Shown here in pieces: positions 29,557 through 37,873 of a stretch of 64,000 nucleotides of DNA (the first letter of the stretch is position 1; every line of letters starts with the position of its first letter). A model generated the notes under the pieces. The model worked only from the letters and a program-made list of their open reading frames with translations, did not search any database and was not told the origin of the DNA. The stretch is taken from the NCBI GenBank assembly GCA_015233495.1, contig JADFXQ010000002.1:34390-98389 (forward strand). The letters run 5' to 3'. The stretch comes from Candidatus Omnitrophota bacterium (lineage in GTDB: Bacteria; Omnitrophota; Gorgyraeia; Zapsychrales; Zapsychraceae). The position numbers were made by a program, and so were the translations under genes.

Positions 29557-30555
29557 ATGCAAAGCAACTGGATCAGGCAGATGATTCTCGCGGTGTTTTT
29601 TCTAGGCACAGCGTTTAATATTACCTATTGGGCGATCGCGAAATATGATTTTAAGAATGACATGAAAACCGCGGTCACGGATGCCAGCCGTTATTTGAAA
29701 ATGAGCCATGGCGATTTTTCCGGCGTGGAACGCCGCTATGCCCGGCGCGTTATGGTCCCGAGTCTGGTTTTATTTTTACGCAATCAATTCCCCGTGTCGC
29801 GTTTTATTCCGGGTGAATATGTTGACATCGCAGCCAAAATGGACCAGCTTTATTTTGGGATTATCAATATCCTCGCTTTAGCCGGCACCGCTTTTTTGTT
29901 GTCCCGGTTTTGTCAGCAATTGGGGTGTTCTCCTTTGGAAGGCGTGATCGCCGGATTGATTTTTCTCACGTCTTTTTTTGTCGTGACTTATTACACTGTC
30001 CCTTTAGTCGACGCGCTGACAGCTTTTTGCCTCATGGGTTGTTATTACGCTTTGCTGCGCCGGCGGTTATTATGGTTATCCCTGTTTTTTTTAATCGGCA
30101 TTTTGACCAAAGAAGCGATTTTTTTAATCTTATTCGCGATTGTTCTCGACCAGCGGAAATTATGCTCCGCGCCGTTATTTGTCTGTTTGCCTTGGGTGAT
30201 TTTTTATTTCGGATTTTTTTATACGAGCGCGGCGGACGCGCATGACGTGACGTTTTTTTTCAGCAATTTGCGGCAATTGCTGGCCGGCGGCTTGGCCGCT
30301 TTTCGGCCTTTCGCCTTGATTGAAGCTCTGGAGGTTTTTATGGCGGTATGGTTTCTCGCCATTTACGCTTTGCGGAAATGTCCGGTTCCCGATTTTATCC
30401 GGCGGCAGCAGTGGATATTGGTTTTTCCTTTCGTTTTTCCTTTTTTTGTCGGGGAAGCGTCCTTAGGCCGGATAGCGTTTTATGTTTTTCCTATAATGAT
30501 TTTTCTGGCCGTTTTGGCCTTGCGCGATATTCTTGAATCGGAGACGGGACGATGA
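29557..30555 (+). CDS. Polytopic membrane protein, possible GT-C fold
   Basis: TDASRY in first loop, YARRVMVP, LVDAL, ILTKE, multiple TM helices. Confidence 0.6.
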   Translation: MQSNWIRQMILAVFFLGTAFNITYWAIAKYDFKNDMKTAVTDASRYLKMSHGDFSGVERRYARRVMVPSLVLFLRNQFPVSRFIPGEYVDIAAKMDQLYFGIINILALAGTAFLLSRFCQQLGCSPLEGVIAGLIFLTSFFVVTYYTVPLVDALTAFCLMGCYYALLRRRLLWLSLFFLIGILTKEAIFLILFAIVLDQRKLCSAPLFVCLPWVIFYFGFFYTSAADAHDVTFFFSNLRQLLAGGLAAFRPFALIEALEVFMAVWFLAIYALRKCPVPDFIRRQQWILVFPFVFPFFVGEASLGRIAFYVFPIMIFLAVLALRDILESETGR

Positions 30556-30606
30556 GGGGGAAGCGCCGATGAAACTCCAGCCGCGAAACCACGAGCCTAA
30601 AAAAAA

Positions 30607-32307
30607 ATGGAAAATTTTTATTCCCGGATGGCCGGCGTATTTCGCAGGCATTACCGGGATCTATATGCTATGGCGAGCCTTCGTTTTTCTTCATTTGAAA
30701 GGTTAATTGATTCCCACTTTCCGACGTGGTTTATCATCGTGGGATATCCGCTGTATTGGCTGGAATTGTTTGTGGTCCGCAAGCCGGCGGGACATACGTC
30801 GTTTTTTGGCTGGGCGGTCATGTCCGCTTTGGCGGTGATTCTGCTGATAAAGGCGGCCCGGTTTGCCCCAACTGGGAGGCGTTTTTTCCAAACCACTTTC
30901 AATACCTGGCCGGTTTTTTCTAAAATAGGTTGTTCGGCAGGCTTGATTTTCATGGTGTTCATTCTGGGAGTGGGGCTTAAGGCTTCGCTATATCCACCGC
31001 ATCTGCCGCAGGAATATGACGCGTTAAACTATCATATTACCATTCCCCGCCAGCATCTGATCAACCATTCGTACCAACATCTGAAATGGTCAGCGGCGGA
31101 TCTGATGCTGATGCCGGTTGATTACGCTTTAGCGCCTTTTGTCCTGGCCACTAAACTTCCGAATAAAATCCCGCAGTATTTTTTTGTCTTGGGCTTGTTA
31201 TGTATTGTGGGCGATCTGGCTTATCGGATTAGCCGGGGAAAACTTTTTTGCGCGGTTTTAGCGGCCGGCGGATTTTTGGGACAGCATATGTTCGGGATCC
31301 AGATCGGCACAGCCATGCTGGATCTGGTGATTGCCTATTTATTTTTCGCCGCGGTCCATAGTTTTAGGCAAAAAAAGTTTTTTTTCGCGGCCATTGAATT
31401 AACTTTTTATTATTGGTCAAAAGGATTTATGCCGGTACTGCTTTTGTTATTTGTTATTTTAAGCGCCGGGCTCATTGCTTGGTTATCGCGTTTGCGGTTT
31501 GTTTGGCCCGACGATACGCGGGAGTGGAGGGCAGTGGTTTGGGAGGGTTCGGCGATCAAAAAATTCGTCATTTTTTTTGGCGTATGCAGTTTGTTGGTCG
31601 CCGGACCATTTTTAGCGCGTTCGCTGGTTTACGCGGGAACGCCTTTGTTTCCTTTCGCCCCGGGGATTATGACATTGCCCCATACTCCCGCCCAAAATCC
31701 GCAATGGATGGCTTCAATCCGCCGCAGTTCCGCGGGGTTTTTGCAGACCCGGGATGATTATGGTGACGGTCGTTCATTCAGCGCTTTTGTCAAGCATATG
31801 TGGTTGATCGCGGTTCCGGAAAAAGGCGTAAATAACCGCTACGATTATCCGGTGGGCTTGATTTATCTGTTATGTGTCGGGCCGTTTCTTGCCGTGTTTT
31901 TCGGATCAATCCGGCAAAGAAAAATCAATATTTTATATTGGAGTGTCGTCTTGTTTTGGGGATTGTGGTGGTACGGTTCGCATCAAACGCGTTTTTTATA
32001 CGTGCCGCTGGGACTGATGATTTTGGCGGTGGTCACGGAAGAAAAATTTATATTAAAGACCTTTATCAGCGCTTGGCTTTTATCGATCGTTTTTACCGCC
32101 GTTTCGGTTTATCGTTCGCAGCAGCCCACTTTCGCGTTAAAACCGGCGCAAGTTTTGCGGACGTACGACCAGCAACTGCTTAAGATGTCGCGGACGGTTG
32201 ATCGTTCCCAGGCGACCGCAGTGGAAAGCATGGATGCCGCTTACGCGGATTTTCCCATCTCGGTGAAGCAGCATAGCGCGTTTGTCATTTTACCGGTTAA
32301 TCCGTAG
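30607..32307 (+). CDS. Polytopic membrane protein, GT-C-like
   Basis: YDALNYHITIPR, MLDL, GTPLFPF, HQTRFLYVP, many TM helices. Confidence 0.65.
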   Translation: MENFYSRMAGVFRRHYRDLYAMASLRFSSFERLIDSHFPTWFIIVGYPLYWLELFVVRKPAGHTSFFGWAVMSALAVILLIKAARFAPTGRRFFQTTFNTWPVFSKIGCSAGLIFMVFILGVGLKASLYPPHLPQEYDALNYHITIPRQHLINHSYQHLKWSAADLMLMPVDYALAPFVLATKLPNKIPQYFFVLGLLCIVGDLAYRISRGKLFCAVLAAGGFLGQHMFGIQIGTAMLDLVIAYLFFAAVHSFRQKKFFFAAIELTFYYWSKGFMPVLLLLFVILSAGLIAWLSRLRFVWPDDTREWRAVVWEGSAIKKFVIFFGVCSLLVAGPFLARSLVYAGTPLFPFAPGIMTLPHTPAQNPQWMASIRRSSAGFLQTRDDYGDGRSFSAFVKHMWLIAVPEKGVNNRYDYPVGLIYLLCVGPFLAVFFGSIRQRKINILYWSVVLFWGLWWYGSHQTRFLYVPLGLMILAVVTEEKFILKTFISAWLLSIVFTAVSVYRSQQPTFALKPAQVLRTYDQQLLKMSRTVDRSQATAVESMDAAYADFPISVKQHSAFVILPVNP

Positions 32308-32494
32308 GGTTGTTAGTTTTTTCCGAAATACAAATTCTCACGACTATGAATCTACTAATAGCTACTTTATATGGAATCATTGGGGTATCATGCCGCCATT
32401 TAAGCAAGGCTTTTTTAAGTTAGAGAAGGCGTTTGATTAACGGCCGAAAATATTGTTTTGGCTGGATATTTAACACCATTAAAAAGGCGGTTAT

Positions 32495-33127
32495 ATGTCG
32501 TTATGGGTGAAGGGCATCCGTTATTTCAACAGTGAGATATCTTGCCGGTGGACCGTGCGTTTTTGGTCTTTTTGGATGCAGATCAAGGCTGCAATGTTGG
32601 GCGTCCCGATCGGACCGGGAGTTCGTTGTTACGGAAACGTTCATCTGATGCCGGGGGTGAACAGTTCCCTTTCAATCGGACGCGATGTGATTTTCGTGTC
32701 GGACACTCGACGATGCACCGCGTCTTCGATTTTTGCGCCGGTTAAGTTAAGGACTTTTGAGCGTACCGCGCGCATCACAATCGGCGACAAAGTCGGATTA
32801 AACGGCACATCGATTGTCTGCCGATCCAAGACAGTCGCGATTGGCGAAGGCGCGGTGATCGGCCCCAATGTTGTGATCTCGGATTCTGATTTTCACCAGG
32901 TGGCGCTTTCAGCGGATCATTATAATGACCCGGGCATGGAGTATGACCGCGATGTCTTAATCGGCAAAAATGTTTGGATCGGTATGCGGGTCATGGTGCT
33001 GAAAGGCGTGACCATTGGCGACGGAGCAATCATCGGGGCCGGGAGCGTGGTAGTGCAGGACATTCCTTCCGGGGTCGTAGCCGCAGGTAACCCGGCAAAA
33101 GTCATAAAATCATTAAATAAGGAGTGA
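32495..33127 (+). CDS. Hexapeptide-repeat (LbH) acyltransferase
   Basis: [15 protein letters not shown]...[16 protein letters not shown]...AGNPAKVI. Confidence 0.92.
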   Translation: MSLWVKGIRYFNSEISCRWTVRFWSFWMQIKAAMLGVPIGPGVRCYGNVHLMPGVNSSLSIGRDVIFVSDTRRCTASSIFAPVKLRTFERTARITIGDKVGLNGTSIVCRSKTVAIGEGAVIGPNVVISDSDFHQVALSADHYNDPGMEYDRDVLIGKNVWIGMRVMVLKGVTIGDGAIIGAGSVVVQDIPSGVVAAGNPAKVIKSLNKE

Positions 33128-33175
33128 CAGCATTTATTCGTAGATTATTCCGCCCGAATCAGAAAGGCGCAGCAG

Positions 33176-34336
33176 ATGGTTAAATTTTATCTATCGGGAA
33201 TTATTTTTATTATTTCATTTGTTACGGGGATTTATTTGGCAAGTCATAAACCAGTTTGGGGCGATGAATCTTACAGCCAGGTTTTGATGACAAAGCATTC
33301 GTACGTCGAGATTTTTTTGGGAAAAAATTACGGTGAAGGAAATCGGGCCCCGTTATTTTATTTACAGCAGAAATTGTTTTGTGATGTTTTTCATTATAAG
33401 ACACCGCGGTCTTGGCTGAAGGGAGAGGGTTTTCAAAGTGATCGTCGCACCGATGTTGTTTTAAGAATTCTTCCCGTGATTTGGATGGCATTGTTTTTTG
33501 CGATAATATTTTTATATTTTTCTTTGCGCTTTAATCTCGGGACTGGTTTATTCGGGTTATTGATCGCGTTTACGACGCCTTTTTTATACCGGTATTGGCC
33601 GGAAGCGCGGCCGTATGGCCTCTCCGTTTTGTTGACGGGGTGCCAGATGGTGTTATTCTTAATGATTTTGGAAGAGAAAAAGGCGTCTTATCCGAAATGG
33701 TTATTTTTGTCGCTTATCCAAATTGCCTTAAGCATGACATCGGTATTGAGTATTTTTCAAATCGCAGTGGTATCATTTTTTTTGTTGCTCAAAGAACGGC
33801 GCTGGCGCCAATATATTTTAATGACAGCCATTCCGGTTTTGTTAGTTTTTTACTACAAGCCTATGGCGCCTTCGTGTGATATGATTTTTGTTTTAACCAT
33901 AGATCAAATGGTGCGGGATACGATTGCCCGTGATCGATTTTATATTCTTCTTTTATATCCTTTTTTGTTAGCGTTGTATTATTTGCAAACGATTAAAATT
34001 CTTCCGCGGCTGTTTCATGACCAGACTTTGGTCAAAGCTTGGCCGTTTTTTCTCTCAACTTTATTGATTCTAGGCGCGACAATCGCGTTTCTCGCCTATT
34101 TACAGGCGCATGCTACAGGTGTTGGACAATATGTGGTTAGCCGGCACATCATTTTTTTAGCGCCGATTGGTATTATAGCGGTTTCCTATTTGATTGGTAT
34201 GCTGTGGCAAGCCTTCCGCAACTCAAACTGGATGAGAATTAGCGTAGGAGTGGCCGTTTTTTTGTTTCTCATGAGCCGCATGAATAGAGTTGTGGGCGAG
34301 ATTTGTAGTTTTTTTGTTAATGGTATAAAATCTTGA
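33176..34336 (+). CDS. GT-C-like membrane protein
   Basis: WGDESYS, EGNRAPLFY, EARPYGL, multiple TM helices; AT-rich. Confidence 0.7.
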   Translation: MVKFYLSGIIFIISFVTGIYLASHKPVWGDESYSQVLMTKHSYVEIFLGKNYGEGNRAPLFYLQQKLFCDVFHYKTPRSWLKGEGFQSDRRTDVVLRILPVIWMALFFAIIFLYFSLRFNLGTGLFGLLIAFTTPFLYRYWPEARPYGLSVLLTGCQMVLFLMILEEKKASYPKWLFLSLIQIALSMTSVLSIFQIAVVSFFLLLKERRWRQYILMTAIPVLLVFYYKPMAPSCDMIFVLTIDQMVRDTIARDRFYILLLYPFLLALYYLQTIKILPRLFHDQTLVKAWPFFLSTLLILGATIAFLAYLQAHATGVGQYVVSRHIIFLAPIGIIAVSYLIGMLWQAFRNSNWMRISVGVAVFLFLMSRMNRVVGEICSFFVNGIKS

Positions 34337-34360
34337 AAATAAATGGTGTCAGGCACCATT
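34335..34360. repeat. REP-like palindrome; left boundary inverted repeat
   Basis: GAAAATAAATGGTGTCAGGCACCATT, containing hairpin AATGGTG-N5-CACCATT; 34335-34352 is the exact reverse complement of 37734-37751. Confidence 0.8.
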
Positions 34361-34465
34361 CGAGAAACAGGCACAAGTCTAAGATATCCGCGTCTGCGTT
34401 GTCGGGGCGCTCCTACTACGGAAATATTGTAAATTTGTTGTGAATCCATTCAAAAAGGAACCTAT

Positions 34466-34984
34466 ATGCGCCGGTTGTATTCTTACGTTTTCCGCATCCT
34501 GATCTGCCTCGGCATTTTTGGATGCTCGTCCACAAAATTTATGTATCAAGAGATCGCGAAGGACAAGGATACCTATAATATGCGCGTCTTCCCGGTGGCC
34601 TTGCCGCAGCTACAGGAAGCCGTAGAAAAAGTCATGCTTGCGAAAAAAATGTCCATTGAATCCGAAGATAAAACCAGTGGGACTATATCGGCTTATCGTA
34701 AATTCAGCCGCGGCTATAAAACGATTGTCGTCGTCTTGCAATCGAAGATTGTGTCCAACAGCGCCGCGGAACAAGAGCTTTTCCTCAACGGCATCCAGAC
34801 CACCGAGCGTAATTACGTCGAAGACAAAACCCGGTTTTTTCTCTGGCTCGTGCCCCTGCCTGGGGGCGGCGGCAAACATGTGACCACCGCGAAAGAAGCG
34901 GATGTGTTTATTGATGATAAAGCCTGGTACGGCGAACTTTTTGACGCGATTCAAAAGGCATTAATTCCGGGCACACAAAAATAA
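34466..34984 (+). CDS. Putative lipoprotein of unknown function
   Basis: Signal peptide with lipobox IFGC; AAGGA RBS; 172 aa. Confidence 0.75.
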   Translation: MRRLYSYVFRILICLGIFGCSSTKFMYQEIAKDKDTYNMRVFPVALPQLQEAVEKVMLAKKMSIESEDKTSGTISAYRKFSRGYKTIVVVLQSKIVSNSAAEQELFLNGIQTTERNYVEDKTRFFLWLVPLPGGGGKHVTTAKEADVFIDDKAWYGELFDAIQKALIPGTQK

Positions 34985-35142
34985 TCAATAACGGGGGAAA
35001 CACAAAGATAATGATCAATTTTTCGTATTTTTTTATTTTGCAAAGTCTTAGGTGCGTCCGTTATGCGGCCGCGACAGGAAGACGGTCGTGCTTACTGGGC
35101 ACGACACTTCGTCGCCGCTTCGCTCCGCTCAAAACGCGGCGA

Positions 35143-35172
35143 CTACGGGCGCCCACGAGGGGCGCCCACTAC
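35143..35172 (-). repeat. GTAG-type REP-like palindrome
   Basis: Minus strand reads GTAG-T-GGGCGCCC-CTCGT-GGGCGCCC-GTAG. Confidence 0.6.
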
Positions 35173-35205
35173 ACCATCAATGGTCATCGTTGAGATTCTT
35201 ATGAT

Positions 35206-35510
35206 AGTATTACGGTGTCACACACTTTATTCCATAAGTTATTTGTCTTCAATGAGCATTTCCTTATTTTTTCATAAATAGTCTAAAGGGTTAGGACGAA
35301 GGAGAGAACGTTTTAGTTCGTAAGCATTTGTCTACGGAAAGGCCGTTGGGGGATAATGGTTTTTTAAAAATGCTGTCGGCTCAATTGGGCAAAGATCTAT
35401 TGCCAAAGAAAAAAGGCCCCAAGCCAAAGTCAAAATTTTCGTCGGGATCGATAAAAATGCCCATTGCGAATAAACAACTTACGGAATAAAGTGTGTGTCT
35501 CCGTAATACT
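35206..35510. mobile_element. 305-bp non-autonomous element (MITE/REPIN-like) with 56-bp imperfect inverted ends
   Basis: 35206-35261 versus reverse complement of 35455-35510: 47/56 identical by manual alignment; encloses a transposase fragment. Confidence 0.75.
35295..35489 (+). pseudogene. C-terminal remnant of a REP-associated tyrosine transposase (RAYT/Y1-like)
   Basis: Manual translation DEGENVLVRKHLSTERPLGDNGFLKMLSAQLGKDLLPKKKGPKPK..., matching the recalled RAYT tail (TGRPLG..F...L...LGR.L.P.K.GPK); preceded by an in-frame TAG, N-terminus absent. Confidence 0.65.
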
Positions 35511-35556
35511 GATCAATCCCGTCAACCAAACCGGCGAGAAATTGAGGAGAATTGTC

Positions 35557-35934
35557 ATGAAATGTTTCAATCATCCGAATGCTGAAGCGGTCGGGGTTTG
35601 CAAAGGCTGTGGCAAAGGATTGTGCCTGGCTTGCGCAAAGGACTCCGAATATGGGCTGTCCTGTGCAGGAAAATGTGAAACGGAACTCAAATTAATGCGG
35701 GATGTGCTGTATTCAAGTGATAAAGCTTATGGGCAATTGAGCCCGATTTATTCGCGGTATACGGCAGTTTTGGGAATGATCGGCGGGATATGTCTTATTC
35801 CCAACATATTTTTGCTGGTGACGGGCAAGAATATGGATTATGCGAGTTTATTGTTTGGGATAGTCATGCTGGTGGCTGCGGTTTGGTATTATAAAATTTC
35901 CAGCAAATTTAAAGTCAAAAATACGAAAAAATAA
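35557..35934 (+). CDS. Small membrane protein with N-terminal B-box-like zinc finger
   Basis: MKCFNHPNAEAVGVCKGCGKGLCLAC followed by two TM helices; GAGGAG RBS. Confidence 0.8.
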   Translation: MKCFNHPNAEAVGVCKGCGKGLCLACAKDSEYGLSCAGKCETELKLMRDVLYSSDKAYGQLSPIYSRYTAVLGMIGGICLIPNIFLLVTGKNMDYASLLFGIVMLVAAVWYYKISSKFKVKNTKK

Positions 35935-36113
35935 ACGGAATGCCTTTCCAGTGAAAAAGAAAATACGGTTTTTTTGATGTTATGGGGGCTTGGCGCTTTG
36001 GTGTCGACGTCTTTGGCTCGGGCGGAGATTACGATTGATATCTCGGACCACTTAAAGCCGGGATTTATGGTGGACCGGACGGATCAGACCACTCAGAAAA
36101 AACGGGGTTTTGA

Positions 36114-36143
36114 AAAATAAATGTGACAGACACCTTTATTTTC
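36114..36143. repeat. REP-like palindrome, internal copy of the boundary repeat
   Basis: AAAATAAATGTG-ACAGA-CACCTTTATTTT, 11/12 paired arms; related to the copies at 34335 and 37734. Confidence 0.7.
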
Positions 36144-36154
36144 GCGGAGGCAAT

Positions 36155-37147
36155 ATGGAAGGTTTGCGAAATTTTATTATTCGTCTCGGGGCAATTTGGC
36201 TAATCTGGGCAGGGATGTTGATCATTGTCCCTGACTGGGCATTTGCGTATCCGGGATCATTTGCTCCCTCGTCAGGCAAAACTTTGCTTATGATCGGCCA
36301 GGACCGCGATACAATTTCTCAATATGTGCGCGCTACCGGCAACATTCCGGGCGGAACCACGTCGTATACTTCGATTCATAAGTTAGAGGGATTGGATGTG
36401 GCCAATGAATATGGATATGGTGACGGGCCTAAGGACGGGGCCGCTCTTTTAAATAATTATCCTAATTCCGTAATTCAACTCGGCTTCTATATGGTGGATG
36501 AGCTGGCGAACACCATTACCGGGAAATATGATGCTAATTTACGGACATTGGCGCAATGGATTATCAAAGCCAACCGGCCAGTTTATTTGCGCATTGGTTA
36601 TGAATTTGACTTTCCGGTAAATCATTATGACCCGCAAAAATACAAACAGGCTTTCCGCTATGTGGTGGATTTTTTGCGCAAAGAGGGTGTGCGTAATGCG
36701 GCGTATATTTGGCATTCCGAATGTATGCCGCATTCTGGTCAGCAATGGATGGATTGGTATCCGGGCGATGACTATGCAGATTGGTTCGGCGTTTCGCTGT
36801 TTTCTACCCAACAGATCCCGACAGCCGTTGATTTTTTGAAATTAGCCCGAGAGCATCGCAAGCCGTTTATGATATGTGAATCAACGCCCCAGGGTTTGTA
36901 TACTGTTCGCGGAAAAAAAGATTTTTTAGAACATATATTCCGGTTCATCCGCGACCAAAATATTGAAGCTTTCTGTTATATCAATTCCAATTGGGATATC
37001 AAGCCAATGTGGCAAGGCCAGCATTGGGGCGATAGCCGTATCGAACAATATCCCGAGATTAAGGATTTATGGCTAAAAGAAATTACTCAAGGGCGTTATC
37101 TTAAGGCGTCGCCGGATTTGTTTCGCTCGCTCGGTTGGCAGAGATAA
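36155..37147 (+). CDS. Secreted glycoside hydrolase family 26-like (beta-1,3-xylanase/mannanase-like)
   Basis: Signal peptide ending AFA, VYLRIGYEFD (acid/base), WYPGDDYADWFGVS, KPFMICESTP (nucleophile); GGAGG RBS. Confidence 0.85.
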   Translation: MEGLRNFIIRLGAIWLIWAGMLIIVPDWAFAYPGSFAPSSGKTLLMIGQDRDTISQYVRATGNIPGGTTSYTSIHKLEGLDVANEYGYGDGPKDGAALLNNYPNSVIQLGFYMVDELANTITGKYDANLRTLAQWIIKANRPVYLRIGYEFDFPVNHYDPQKYKQAFRYVVDFLRKEGVRNAAYIWHSECMPHSGQQWMDWYPGDDYADWFGVSLFSTQQIPTAVDFLKLAREHRKPFMICESTPQGLYTVRGKKDFLEHIFRFIRDQNIEAFCYINSNWDIKPMWQGQHWGDSRIEQYPEIKDLWLKEITQGRYLKASPDLFRSLGWQR

Positions 37148-37375
37148 GTGTTTATTGCTCGCATATAAATAGACATAGGCGCGGCTGGGAGATAAAAATA
37201 GATTTGTTTAAATTATTGGCAGAAAGTTTATTCAGATCGTTCTTTTATTGAGGTGCGCGTCAGGTTATACCAATATCCCGTTTGGAAGTGGTAGGATGCA
37301 TAATGACCGACAGAGCGTTGTTTTTGGGATTGTCCCATCAAAGGGGATTGCAGCAATAAACCGATCTGTATATCT

Positions 37376-37675
37376 TTGCCGCCGGGAACTTATGAAATGA
37401 CATCATTTCGAACTATAACAATGGGGCCGCGTACAGAATCGGCGCCGGGCATTAAATTTAAGGTCGAGCCAAATTCTGTAGTATATATCGGCACATTAAC
37501 AGGGCAATCCCTGGGTCCGGCTTGGGGGCCGATACAGTATGTATTTAAGGTGGAAGATGAACTTGAAGAAGAGACGCAGGCTCAAGCCGAATCCTGTCCC
37601 GGCGTGAAAGATGGCAAGCCGGTGATTAGTTTGATGGAGGCGCCGTATAATTCGGTCAGGGCCAATGTTTGGTAA
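37376..37675 (+). pseudogene. Probable C-terminal fragment of an exported beta-rich protein
   Basis: LPPGTYEM...FKVEPNSVVYIGTL looks protein-like, but the start is TTG with no clear RBS or leader. Confidence 0.4.
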
Positions 37676-37733
37676 AATAGGGAGACAGCGCAAAATCGTA
37701 ATAACTTGTTCTAGTAAAAAGAGATCGTGAGAT

Positions 37734-37751
37734 CTGACACCATTTATTTTC
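37734..37751. repeat. Right boundary inverted repeat
   Basis: CTGACACCATTTATTTTC is the reverse complement of 34335-34352 (18/18). Confidence 0.8.
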
Positions 37752-37803
37752 CGCAGTCCTAATTATTTCCTTCTTTCCGGATTAGAAGTTTTCCCGTTGA
37801 CTC

Positions 37804-37846
37804 AAAAGAAAACGCTTTCCCGGAGGGCGCGCAAAGCGTCTTTTTT
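37804..37846 (+). terminator. Possible intrinsic terminator/insulator hairpin upstream of the giant gene
   Basis: ACGCTTT...AAAGCGT stem followed by CTTTTTT, A-run on the 5' side; weak stem and long loop. Confidence 0.3.
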
Positions 37847-37873
37847 GCCGTTTTTATCGGGTATACTTTAAGT

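Noticed and set aside
28073-34336. Poly-T/poly-A runs as phase-variation tracts
   Set aside because: Runs of 7-9 T/A are common across the window, fall in Phe/Lys codons, and the ORFs are intact
35011-35281. Short ORFs 35011-35193 and 35063-35281
   Set aside because: They run through REP-like palindromes and the inverted end; no protein-like features
34335-37751. CRISPR array or integron cassette array
   Set aside because: Repeats are few, irregularly spaced and inverted rather than direct; no cas gene or integron integrase in the window and no convincing attC sites seen
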